This document shows, one piece after another, positions 55,801 through 63,273 of a stretch of 64,000 bases of DNA. Every line of letters begins with the position of its first letter. The stretch's first letter is position 1. The DNA comes from Candidatus Bathyarchaeota archaeon (lineage in GTDB: Archaea > Thermoproteota > Bathyarchaeia > Bathyarchaeales > Bathycorpusculaceae). The stretch lies in the NCBI GenBank assembly GCA_026014735.1, contig JAOZHT010000004.1, forward strand, positions 93,321 to 157,320. Direction: 5' to 3'. The notes beneath the pieces were generated by a model. The model worked only from the letters and a program-made list of their open reading frames with translations, had not been told where the DNA came from and made no database searches. The position numbers and the translations under genes are program-made.

Positions 55801-57259
55801 CGGGGCTGCCGGCTGCAGCTGCGGCTTTATTTATGGCCGCGGAGAGGTCAGCGAAAAAGCCCTCCAGCAGTCTGCGCTCCTCCTCTATGCATTCGTTTCG
55901 GTCGTCGGGGAGGCTGCTGATTACGCGGGAAACGAGGAGGGGTTCGCCGCGGTATCGGGTGCAGCTGACTTTGGCGCTGAGCATCGAGACGCAGTCAAGC
56001 ATGTAGTCCCATTCGATGAAGAGGTAAATGCGGATTAAGCCGTCGGGGTTATAGAGTAACGAGGCGTCGGCGCCGCCGGAGGGGCTGTCTTCGGGGAGGC
56101 TACCGTAGCCTGTTCCGGTAAGCCAGGGCATCCAGCGGCTTTTGCTGGCGTTTGGGCTGCTGGGGCGGATGCCGCCAAGCATGTACTGGGCGCGTTCAAC
56201 CAGCCAATCCAGCTTGGCGCCGATGATGGGGTCTGTTGAGAGCTCCTGAACCTTTTTTGGGTCCTTAGCGGGGATAACTCGGAAGTCGTTGGGGCGCAGA
56301 TTGCCGCCGTCCAGCACCACTTTGAGCCGCGCCAAATCCTCCAGCCCCCTGACGCCGTGATGCGAGAGAGCTTTCTGTTCGCCTCGGCTTAGATTCAGCA
56401 GCGCCACGCTTTCGTTCTCCACTGAGCAGACAATGCAGCATTCGTTGAAGCCGCAGTTGTCACATCTCCAGCAGAGCTGGTACTCGACTTCCTCGAGGGG
56501 TTTTTTGTGGATGCGGTTGAATTCCCCGTTTTTGGCGAGGAGCCGCTCGACGTCTTGGATGAGGGGGCTGAGTTTGAATTTGGGCAGGGCGTCAGCTTCG
56601 AGGCTTTCAAGGCTGGTTTCGCGGTTGATGACGCCGCCTTCCAGCTCCACCTTGGCGGATAAGCCGCCGAGTTCGCGTCCCAGCAGCAGAACGTAGATGG
56701 CGACTTGGATGCGGTGGGCGGTCTGCTCTTTCCAGGAGGATTTGAGTTCGAAGATGCGGACTTTTACTTTGCCTTCTTTAAGCGGCCATACCGCGATTAA
56801 ATCCGCGATGCCTTTGACATCCCATACGCCGATTGGGCCCTTCATAGGCACCTGATAGAGCAAAACGGGGCGGGGGTCAGCTTTTTCTCCCAGCGAGATT
56901 ATGTGCTCGATGACGTAGTGGAGGTTATTTAGGGAATCCTGGGCTTTATCCCAGCCGCGCTTACCATACTTGTTAGGGTCATAAACAGTGAAGTCAAGGT
57001 ACTCGGCGGCTCTCCCCTTGAGCTCAGCGACTTTTTTTTCTTCCAACGCTTTGCCGGTGCCGTAGAGCAGGGGACTGATGGGTTTGAAGGCTTCGGGCCA
57101 AGTGCGTTTTTTGACTTCTTTGCCTTCGAATTTAAGTTTGAAGAAGCGGGGGCAGCAGTTGAAGCGGATGTACTCGGCGATGCCTGAGGCAGTCAGGGTT
57201 TTGCCGCCTTCGGGCTCTTCGCCTGAAAGGTCATCTGCATCGATGTCGTCGTAACTCAA
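52895..57259 (-). CDS. Fe-S PD-(D/E)xK (Cas4/RecB/Dna2-type) nuclease fused to an SF1B Upf1/Dna2-like helicase, 1454 aa
   Basis: N-terminus: FNCCPRFF Cys, IADLIAVW, RIFELKSS, QVAIYVLLL (QxxxY), then CWRCDNCGFNECC, followed by an HhH-like segment. C-terminus: LQGPPGTGKT, LLVVDEASMM, VAGDHRQLPPI, VERYQGGEADFVIIS, NVAISRMKKKLVIV. TTG start with GGAGG upstream. Confidence 0.85.
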   Translation of the reverse strand: MSYDDIDADDLSGEEPEGGKTLTASGIAEYIRFNCCPRFFKLKFEGKEVKKRTWPEAFKPISPLLYGTGKALEEKKVAELKGRAAEYLDFTVYDPNKYGKRGWDKAQDSLNNLHYVIEHIISLGEKADPRPVLLYQVPMKGPIGVWDVKGIADLIAVWPLKEGKVKVRIFELKSSWKEQTAHRIQVAIYVLLLGRELGGLSAKVELEGGVINRETSLESLEADALPKFKLSPLIQDVERLLAKNGEFNRIHKKPLEEVEYQLCWRCDNCGFNECCIVCSVENESVALLNLSRGEQKALSHHGVRGLEDLARLKVVLDGGNLRPNDFRVIPAKDPKKVQELSTDPIIGAKLDWLVERAQYMLGGIRPSSPNASKSRWMPWLTGTGYGSLPEDSPSGGADASLLYNPDGLIRIYLFIEWDYMLDCVSMLSAKVSCTRYRGEPLLVSRVISSLPDDRNECIEEERRLLEGFFADLSAAINKAAAAAGSPDEAPIHLYFFSRQERDVLMKAVCRQPSMISAQAVRDLLGLRQAIDQPMFSILQDEVVHRKALRYHSSGLLPILEQACFFDRNQWRVKRKDGTIVDLALVFRDGLFNYSLPYRRNPDGTIAFLKEGKNDGYYPARARFGDQLPIEYIWGAKGRLDNFSQVKGPSKVLLDKRKWCDYTSKTRRITDEELNLMGTKICMALEQVERSLSIRNRRLGKKPIAVPKISEFTLGTATLERSCREFLDLEYFSKRQEMYQHYAMLPYQRVASGRSVIFQCTRVDEFEREFVVRGKLVYEDLGLPRADCVANACRVKGSEGSSSGDWMVVTELRRNASGQFEETEKRSPGEVEKSARAIVDRVDVPKLEVVVKIVSWPRGRGSKYSAWHNLPTTDPEKAQGKYMQLFEAGRYYILDELADDIISDRAAKSLDYAANNVLYCLLADYLAGKTGGNNHTALDRAAAMPFLNWMEARRFPPKAEQKRFVERVFGAEPIVMLQGPPGTGKTETLQLAVLAHIAAHRAKSRCRVLMVAPTHKAIQEFVEKLGRCWKEYIAAGGRDLKDLQLYRVLSSEVSLVPPIDGVKYVNYNQDQETVAELTGCLMNQSTLTPSTSASSPLVICLTPPGLYGLMKKIGESEPPWGEGFFDLLVVDEASMMRLPELILSGSFLSKNSQILVAGDHRQLPPIVAHNWEKEDRRTLEEMASFLSAMDFLRLLRNEDLGLERIKCRNPADIPAERLCESHRCHSVVAEFLREWVYEKDNIDFRSEQTQTLAPVEAQTEGLAVALAPQNVFVLIVHDEAESFQSNLVEASIVAALAKNASSANIGVITPHNAQKGLLKNRLQDANLGARVDTVERYQGGEADFVIISSCVSDPDYVRTESEFLLNLNRINVAISRMKKKLVIVASRSIFEFMPQDARDYDRALLWRGISDTVGFTADSKPQWEGDLSKFLGQANPDVKVEVYVKSQKTLAQTRR

Positions 57260-57410
57260 CCCCCACTCGCCTCCGCAACAATCACTTGCTGACAGTAACG
57301 GCGCCGGATATTATTGTATTTACCGTTAATCCCCAACCCCATCGGCGACGCCTGGCGGAAGCTGGCGAAAAACTCTTCTGTGTAGGCATTTAATGTAATG
57401 TGGAGACGGC

Positions 57411-57971
57411 ATGCGCAGAACCCAAAAACCCCACAGGCAACTAACCCTCGACAAACTCCCCACTTCGCAACCCAGCCCAGCGCAGCCTCCGCAGCTAAAG
57501 CAGATAAAAATAACGCAGTTTGCCTCCGAAACCGGCATAGACGAGTTAACCCTTAAAGTCAGCTTCGCTCTTAAGCCCTCAAAAGCCGCCTTCTCCAAGC
57601 TGAAAGCGGATTTGCGGTTTGAGGAAGAGGTTTTGTCGTCTGTGCTGATTCGGGTTCCTCAGGGGCCGCTGTCCACCGACGAGTTAGAGTACAGTTGGGT
57701 GCTGGATATGACGGGGATAGGCGAGGGCAAGTACGCGGTTGGGGTTGAGATGTATGAGGCCGGGGGCAGCGAGAAGCTAAACTGCGCCACAGATGAGTTG
57801 ACGCTGGATTATGTGCCGCAGACTCGCCGAAGCTGCTACATTCGGGTGCCATCCGTTAAGAGCGTTGCGGGGGCGGATTTGTCTGTTGCCTCCAAAACTG
57901 AGAGTGAACTCTACCGCGAACTCGAAAATACACTGCGGGAAGAGCAGAAGTGCAGAAGGGATAATTGGTGA
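57411..57971 (+). CDS. Hypothetical protein
   Basis: 186-aa ORF divergent from the nuclease-helicase gene. It has a P/Q-rich N-terminus followed by a beta-rich-looking core. No family recognised and the start is uncertain. Confidence 0.4.
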   Translation: MRRTQKPHRQLTLDKLPTSQPSPAQPPQLKQIKITQFASETGIDELTLKVSFALKPSKAAFSKLKADLRFEEEVLSSVLIRVPQGPLSTDELEYSWVLDMTGIGEGKYAVGVEMYEAGGSEKLNCATDELTLDYVPQTRRSCYIRVPSVKSVAGADLSVASKTESELYRELENTLREEQKCRRDNW

Positions 57972-57972
57972 C

Positions 57973-58107
57973 CTATTTTTTCTTTCCCTTTGCAGGAAGC
58001 TGCGAGGTCAATTGTTTCTTTTTTGCTTCTTTTTCGCGTTTAGCTTTCTTTTCCTGCTCAAGGCGAGTGTTAATGTTTTTCTTTTTCATTGTGCCCATTT
58101 TTGCCAT
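57973..58107 (-). CDS. Lysine-rich microprotein, copy 1 (38-44 aa)
   Basis: (MAKMGT)MKKKNINTRLEQEKKAKREKEAKKKQLTSQLPAKGKKK. It is conserved as a paralog at 58795..58920, with substitutions that mostly preserve charge. The alternative start is the ATG at 58089. Confidence 0.45.
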   Translation of the reverse strand: MAKMGTMKKKNINTRLEQEKKAKREKEAKKKQLTSQLPAKGKKK

Positions 58108-58190
58108 CTCAATTGAAAAACAAAAAGACCTACGCACACAAAAATGTTGCCCTTTTAACACCAAAAGAGCAAACACTTAGGTATTCAGAA

Positions 58191-58391
58191 ATGCTTATCA
58201 AAGGTGCTGACTACACTTCATCGGTGCCACATTTGCCGACGAAAACCCTTCTGTGCGGATGCGTCTACGAAGAAAACGATTGGATGCTAATCAGAGTAAA
58301 AGAATGCGAAAAGCACCATAAAGCGAGGCATAGAAAAATAGAGTACCGCCCGAAAGCTGAATGCAACCGCAACGACACTCGAGGCGAATAG
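58191..58391 (+). CDS. Possible 66-aa Cys/His-containing miniprotein
   Basis: ATG-initiated part of ORF 58089..58391 (MLIKGADYTS...LLCGCVYEENDWMLIRVKECEKHHKARH...). The longer version would overlap the lysine-rich gene. No other support. Confidence 0.25.
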   Translation: MLIKGADYTSSVPHLPTKTLLCGCVYEENDWMLIRVKECEKHHKARHRKIEYRPKAECNRNDTRGE

Positions 58392-58709
58392 TTACTTTTT
58401 GATTTCAACCCAGATTTTTCCGTCCTCAACCTTACAGCGGTAAGCGGTGAGAGCGGTCAGAGGGTTCTCGATGTATTGTCCAGTGCGGACATCAAATTTC
58501 CAGCCGTGGCAGGGACACATTAAAACGTAGCCGCTTAAGATGCCATTTTGTAGGCTGCATCCCATATGCGGGCAGCGGTTAGTAACGCCGTAGACTTGTC
58601 CACCTACTTTAGCAAGCAATATGGGATTGCCTCTTATGCGGACAGCCGCTATACCGCCTTCTTTAAGCTCAGAATCCTTGATGCTTGAATGAAAATTATC
58701 TTTAGGCAA
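58392..58709 (-). CDS. Rieske [2Fe-2S] domain protein (NirD/ferredoxin-like, stand-alone)
   Basis: Rieske ligand boxes CPHMGCSL and CPCHGWKFD with the canonical spacing. 105 aa. Confidence 0.85.
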   Translation of the reverse strand: MPKDNFHSSIKDSELKEGGIAAVRIRGNPILLAKVGGQVYGVTNRCPHMGCSLQNGILSGYVLMCPCHGWKFDVRTGQYIENPLTALTAYRCKVEDGKIWVEIKK

Positions 58710-58794
58710 AACAGACCGCCACTACATATTGAAGGAGCGGTGCTGAAAAAGTTGCCGACGGGCACACGATTTTTTACTAGAAATCAGCAGAGAA

Positions 58795-58920
58795 CTATTT
58801 TTTCTTTCCTTTTGCCGGAAGCTGAGATAGCTGTTCTTTTTTGGCTGCTTCTTTGGCTCGTTTAGCCTGTTTTTCTTGTTCTTTGCGAGTGTTTACGTTC
58901 TTCTTTTTCATGTTAACCAT
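58795..58920 (-). CDS. Lysine-rich microprotein, copy 2 (38-41 aa)
   Basis: (MVN)MKKKNVNTRKEQEKQAKRAKEAAKKEQLSQLPAKGKKK. It is below the ORF-track cutoff and colinear with copy 1 at both protein and DNA level. Confidence 0.45.
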   Translation of the reverse strand: MVNMKKKNVNTRKEQEKQAKRAKEAAKKEQLSQLPAKGKKK

Positions 58921-59091
58921 ATGATGCCACCCAGATAGGCTATGTGATGTTTCCTACACTAAAAGGTTACCCCTTCCGCGACCAAAAAAAAGAACACATG
59001 CAGGCGCCTAAATGCCGCTTTTTTCACAATCGAGCCTCAAACAAGCATTTTTTATAAAGAAAAAGAAAAAAGAGAATGATTGGCGATTCGT

Positions 59092-59931
59092 CTACGGCAC
59101 TGATGCAGGGGAATGCGTTAGCTTTGGAATCTTAGATTGTTTCCGTATCAAGACCGCGCCCGCTATGACCGCAATGGAGGACAGCAGCAAGAATGCAAAG
59201 AGGTTAAGGCTCTCTGGAACCGGACCCGTATAGGCATCGCCGGTGTAGGGTATAGCGCCCCATTCATCGGGGATACTAACTGATCCAGGTGGCCAGGCTT
59301 GTAGAGCAGCGCCTCCTGAGTGAGCATCATAGATGGCGACTCTCAAAGCGAACTGCGGCGGCAGACCCAGAGTTTGCTTTATCAAAGTTAGTTCAAGAAT
59401 GTAGTGTGCGGTAGTTGAAGTCGGGGAGGTACTTAGCGTTTCAGCCCAGCTAGCAATGGATGAGGCGGGTGCAGCCATCACAGCCCAACCTGTCCCTGTT
59501 CCTTTATACCAGGTTGCGGTAGCGGTAGCGCCATGACCCATGATGTCTAGTCTAATATCGTCAGCCTGTGGTGCTGCGCCGCCGTTGGGAGCTGTGGCGT
59601 CGGTTGCGCTGTTGCCGTCGAAGCATAAAGACCAATAGTCGCCTGCGTCGTTGGTGGTGTCGATGCTTTCAACCATTATGTTTTCGCTGACAGTTATAGG
59701 GTCAGATGAGACCATGACGTATTTGTCTTTAAAGTTTGCTTGAGTGCCCAACCAGAAAGTTGGTTCCCCATCAGTCCATTCGCTATCGGGACTCCATCGC
59801 CCATCAACCGTTATGGCAGCGCCTGAGTGGCATGTATGCGAGTAACCAGCCATAGTAGCTGTAGCTATTCCTGAAAGAATTAACGAACTTAACGCCAATA
59901 TAGAAAAAATTATAACTACACGTTTTAGCAA
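59092..59931 (-). CDS. Secreted protein with C-terminal TM anchor (possible CBM9/DOMON-like beta-sandwich)
   Basis: Signal peptide (VVIIFSILALSSLILSG), ITVDGRWSPDSEWTDG-type motif, and a C-terminal LFAFLLLSSIAVIAGAVLI + RKQSK anchor. TTG start with AGGAG upstream. Confidence 0.55.
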   Translation of the reverse strand: MLKRVVIIFSILALSSLILSGIATATMAGYSHTCHSGAAITVDGRWSPDSEWTDGEPTFWLGTQANFKDKYVMVSSDPITVSENIMVESIDTTNDAGDYWSLCFDGNSATDATAPNGGAAPQADDIRLDIMGHGATATATWYKGTGTGWAVMAAPASSIASWAETLSTSPTSTTAHYILELTLIKQTLGLPPQFALRVAIYDAHSGGAALQAWPPGSVSIPDEWGAIPYTGDAYTGPVPESLNLFAFLLLSSIAVIAGAVLIRKQSKIPKLTHSPASVP

Positions 59932-60151
59932 TGTATTCTTTTCTCCTACATTTTTTTAATAGTCCTATTCAATGGAATGCGCTTAAAAGTTTTTCCTTTA
60001 ACCAAGCCAGAAGTAACTTTTTGCAACCGAATTAGCTCTTTAAAATATCTTTTTGATGCAATATAAACACGAAAAACACTGGATAGAGAAAAACAGTCTT
60101 ACGAAGAAAAAGCTACCATACAAAAAGTAGAAGCAGACTCTTCGCCGCCGG

Positions 60152-61279
60152 TTAGTTTACGCCGTTCTTGCTATTATGCAGTTCCGATAGCCGAAGCAGC
60201 GTCTCCTTGTATACGGCGATGGCGTCAAGGTACTCTTGGATCTCGATGTGCTCATCGACGGTGTGGTCCAGATGCGAGTCGCCGGGTCCATAGGTTACGA
60301 TGGGCAAGTTCATGGCTTTGCCGAGGATGTTCATGTCGCCTGTGCCAGTCTTATGCAGCAGCGTAGCTGGTTTTCCCAGGACTTTACGCACGGAGGAAGC
60401 CATAACGTGCACAAGCGGAGAGGATTTGTTGACTTCAAAGGGCTCCACGGTGTCGAGGATTTCATGTTTAACAACAATTTCTGGGTTAGCAGCCTGGTAC
60501 TTGGCGATGATTTTGGAGAGTTGCTCGGCGACTTTGGCGGTGCTGAACTGGATGGGTATACGGATGTCAAGGTTCATTTCGGCTTCAAAGGGGATAACGG
60601 AGGTGGCTTCGCCGCCGACGAGGCGTACCAGACAGGCGGTTACGGCGTTGTAGGGGCTGACAGAGGGGTCAAGAGAAGGGTAAGAGGAGTGCGTTCGGAT
60701 GCGCTCCCAGAGTTCATAGGCTTTCTCTAAGGCGTTATCGTAGACCCATGGGGTAGATGCATGTCCAGTTTCGGTTTTAACGGTGACTTTAAGCTGGATT
60801 TGTCCCTTGTAGCCCACGGTGATGTTTTCGACGCCGCTTGGCTCGCCGAAGATGGCGTAGTCCGCTTTGATGCCCTGCGTAATGAGGTGACGAACGCCTT
60901 TGCTGGTGGCTTCCTCCTCCACGACGCTGGCGACAAGGATTTTGCCTTTGAAATGAGGCTCTTTGCTTGCCTGCAACGCAGCAATAACCATAGCTGCCAG
61001 GGGCCCTTTAGCGTCCACTGCGCCTCGAGCGTAAATTTTGCCCTCTTCAACACGCAGCGGCAAGATGCCTGCAACAGTGTCCATGTGTCCACAGAGCAAG
61101 ATGACGGGTTCGCCTTCGCCGACAACGCCTATGACGTTGCCTATGGCGTCGACGCCTACTTGAAAACCTAACTTCTTCATGCGTTGAGCTATAAAGTCAG
61201 CTATGTCCTGCTCGTGTCCGCTGGGGCTGTAAATGCCCAGCAGGTTAGTTAGAAACTGTACTGCTGTTTGCTCGCTCAT
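60152..61279 (-). CDS. lysK: M20-family deacylase: [LysW]-lysine/ornithine hydrolase or acetylornithine deacetylase
   Basis: LLCGHMDTV, ARGAVDAKG and EEE.TS.G metal-ligand motifs of the M20 peptidase/ArgE family. It is the last gene of the lysY-Z-J-K-ordered string. Confidence 0.8.
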   Translation of the reverse strand: MSEQTAVQFLTNLLGIYSPSGHEQDIADFIAQRMKKLGFQVGVDAIGNVIGVVGEGEPVILLCGHMDTVAGILPLRVEEGKIYARGAVDAKGPLAAMVIAALQASKEPHFKGKILVASVVEEEATSKGVRHLITQGIKADYAIFGEPSGVENITVGYKGQIQLKVTVKTETGHASTPWVYDNALEKAYELWERIRTHSSYPSLDPSVSPYNAVTACLVRLVGGEATSVIPFEAEMNLDIRIPIQFSTAKVAEQLSKIIAKYQAANPEIVVKHEILDTVEPFEVNKSSPLVHVMASSVRKVLGKPATLLHKTGTGDMNILGKAMNLPIVTYGPGDSHLDHTVDEHIEIQEYLDAIAVYKETLLRLSELHNSKNGVN

Positions 61280-62459
61280 TTTCTTCTTCCTCCAACACGG
61301 CGTCTAACACGGTGATGGCTCGGTCAATCTGGGGTTTAGTTATGATCAGCGGCGGCAAGATACGCACGACGGTTTTTCCTGCGTCGATAACCAGTACGCC
61401 GCGGTCAAGGGCTTTTTTGATGACGCCGTAAACGTCATAGCGCAGCTCCACACCCAACATCAGGCCTAACCCGCGGACCTCTTTGATTATGCGGTGCTTC
61501 TGAGCTAAGCCTTCCAGCTGCGTCTTGAAGTATTTGCCGTTAACCGCTGCTTTCTCAGCCAGTTTCTCCTCCAGCAAAGCATCTATGGCGGCGCATCCGG
61601 CAGCGCAAACCAGGGGTCCGCCGCTGAAGGTGGTGGAGTGCTCGCCGACTTTGAAGGCGGACATGAGGTTTTCTTTGGCGACGGTTACGCCGATGGGTAA
61701 GCCGCCTGCGAAGGGCTTAGCAAGGCACATGACATCGGGGGTTACATCCCAGTTTTCGCAGCCGAAGAGCTTGCCGGTTCGCCCAAAGCTCGACTGGACC
61801 TCGTCGAGGATTAAGAGGACGCCTCGGCGGTTGCAGATTTCCCGAACTTCCTGGAGGTAGCCGTCGGGTGGCACGCGGATGCCGCCTTCGCCTCGGACGG
61901 GTTCAAGGATAATCGCCGCGGTTTTCTCACTTATGGCTTCCCCGATTTTAGCGGAGTTGTCGGGTGCGACGTGTTTGACGTCGGGGATAAGGGGCATGAA
62001 GGGTTCACGGTACTTTTTATCCCACGTGGCGGAGAGGGCCCCCATGGTTTTGCCGTGGTAGGCGCCCATGACGGCGATGATTTCGGTTTTGCCGGTGGCT
62101 TTGCGGGCAAGTTTTAGGGCGCACTCTATGCTTTCGGCGCCGCTGTTGGAGAGAAACGCCTTATCAAGGCCCTTAGGCGTGATTTTAACGAGTTTCTCGA
62201 TGAACTCTGCACGTTTGTCGTTGTAGTAGCAACTGTGGCAGGTGATGAGTTGTTGGGCCTGCTCTTTTATGGCTTCCACGATTTTGGGGTGACCATGCCC
62301 AAGCGCCGCTACGCCGTAGCTGCTGGCGCAGTCCAGGTACTCTTTGCCGTTGATGTCCCAGAGCAGCGCGCCTTTGCCGCGGGTGAGCACAACGGGTTTT
62401 TTAGAGAACACGTTGGCTAAGTAGCGGTTTTCAGTTTCCATGATTTCGGTTTCATTCAC
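61245..62459 (-). CDS. lysJ: Class III aminotransferase: acetylornithine / [LysW]-aminoadipate semialdehyde aminotransferase
   Basis: SNSGAESIECALKLAR, LILDEVQSSFGRTGK and LAKPFAGGLPIG (PLP lysine) motifs. Confidence 0.9.
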   Translation of the reverse strand: MNETEIMETENRYLANVFSKKPVVLTRGKGALLWDINGKEYLDCASSYGVAALGHGHPKIVEAIKEQAQQLITCHSCYYNDKRAEFIEKLVKITPKGLDKAFLSNSGAESIECALKLARKATGKTEIIAVMGAYHGKTMGALSATWDKKYREPFMPLIPDVKHVAPDNSAKIGEAISEKTAAIILEPVRGEGGIRVPPDGYLQEVREICNRRGVLLILDEVQSSFGRTGKLFGCENWDVTPDVMCLAKPFAGGLPIGVTVAKENLMSAFKVGEHSTTFSGGPLVCAAGCAAIDALLEEKLAEKAAVNGKYFKTQLEGLAQKHRIIKEVRGLGLMLGVELRYDVYGVIKKALDRGVLVIDAGKTVVRILPPLIITKPQIDRAITVLDAVLEEEENERANSSTVSN

Positions 62460-63261
62460 TTGTTATCACTGTACCGACCTGATGATTAAGAGCCGATGTT
62501 ATGGGCTGCTTGGCGGTGCCTGAGGTTACAAGGACTTCCTGCACGCCCTGACTGAGCGCCTCAAGTCCCGCGTGGACTTTGGTGCTCATGCCGCCGCCGA
62601 TTTTGCTAAGGACCTCTTTAACTTCGGTGGCAGCGATTTTTGGGACCCGCTCGCCTTTAAGCATTAGGCCCTCCACGTCGGTGAGCAGGATGAGTTTGTC
62701 GGCTTTGAGCGCTCCCGCGATGATGGCTGCGGTGCGGTCGCCGTCCACGTTAAGGGGCTCGCAGTCCTGGCTAAGCGCGATGGGCGTGACGATGGGCACA
62801 TAACCCTTCTCCAGGAGGAGTTTAAGCAGCTCTGTGTTGACTGATGTGATTTTGCCGGTGTAGCCGCCGTCGATGACTTTTTTGCGTCCCCGCTCATCCA
62901 CCACGATAAGCCGCGTCTTGCGTTCCGCCTTAAGGATCGCGGCGTCTAAGCCGCTAAGACCCACCGTTGCTATGCCCTGTGCCTGCAGCGCCAACACGAT
63001 TTGCTTATTCATTTTGCCCGCCATAACCATAGTGTAGATTTCTATGGTTTCCTTATCGGTGTAGCGGCTGCGGAAACCCTCGGGGGACATGATGAATTTC
63101 TGTTCCTTACCCAGTTTGCTGGCGATTTCAGTGACTTCTGCGCCGCCGCCATGCACCAAAACCACCCTGTGCTCTCTGGTGACTTCTTTGAGGTCCGCTA
63201 CGAGGTCGGCGGCTGTGCCCTCCTTAAGGATTGACCCACCCATCTTGACTACGAGCAGCAT
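62452..63261 (-). CDS. lysZ: Amino-acid kinase: [LysW]-aminoadipate/glutamate kinase or acetylglutamate kinase
   Basis: VVKMGGS, VLVHGGG and NVDGDRTAAIIAGALKADKLILLTDVEG motifs. At 269 aa it is the short LysZ-like length. Confidence 0.9.
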   Translation of the reverse strand: MLLVVKMGGSILKEGTAADLVADLKEVTREHRVVLVHGGGAEVTEIASKLGKEQKFIMSPEGFRSRYTDKETIEIYTMVMAGKMNKQIVLALQAQGIATVGLSGLDAAILKAERKTRLIVVDERGRKKVIDGGYTGKITSVNTELLKLLLEKGYVPIVTPIALSQDCEPLNVDGDRTAAIIAGALKADKLILLTDVEGLMLKGERVPKIAATEVKEVLSKIGGGMSTKVHAGLEALSQGVQEVLVTSGTAKQPITSALNHQVGTVITSE

Positions 63262-63273
63262 AGCAGCAGTCTC

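Noticed and set aside
57326-57852. Minus-strand ORFs 57326-57598 and 57571-57852 opposite the 57411-57971 ORF
   Set aside because: They are Cys/Arg/Pro-rich shadow-type translations that overlap each other and the (itself weakly supported) plus-strand ORF. No motifs.
58089-58190. Upstream extension of ORF 58089-58391 (MCPFLPSQLKNKKTYAHKNV...)
   Set aside because: This part overlaps the 5' end and promoter region of the lysine-rich microprotein gene and is A-rich low-complexity. Only the ATG at 58191 onward was kept, and at low confidence.
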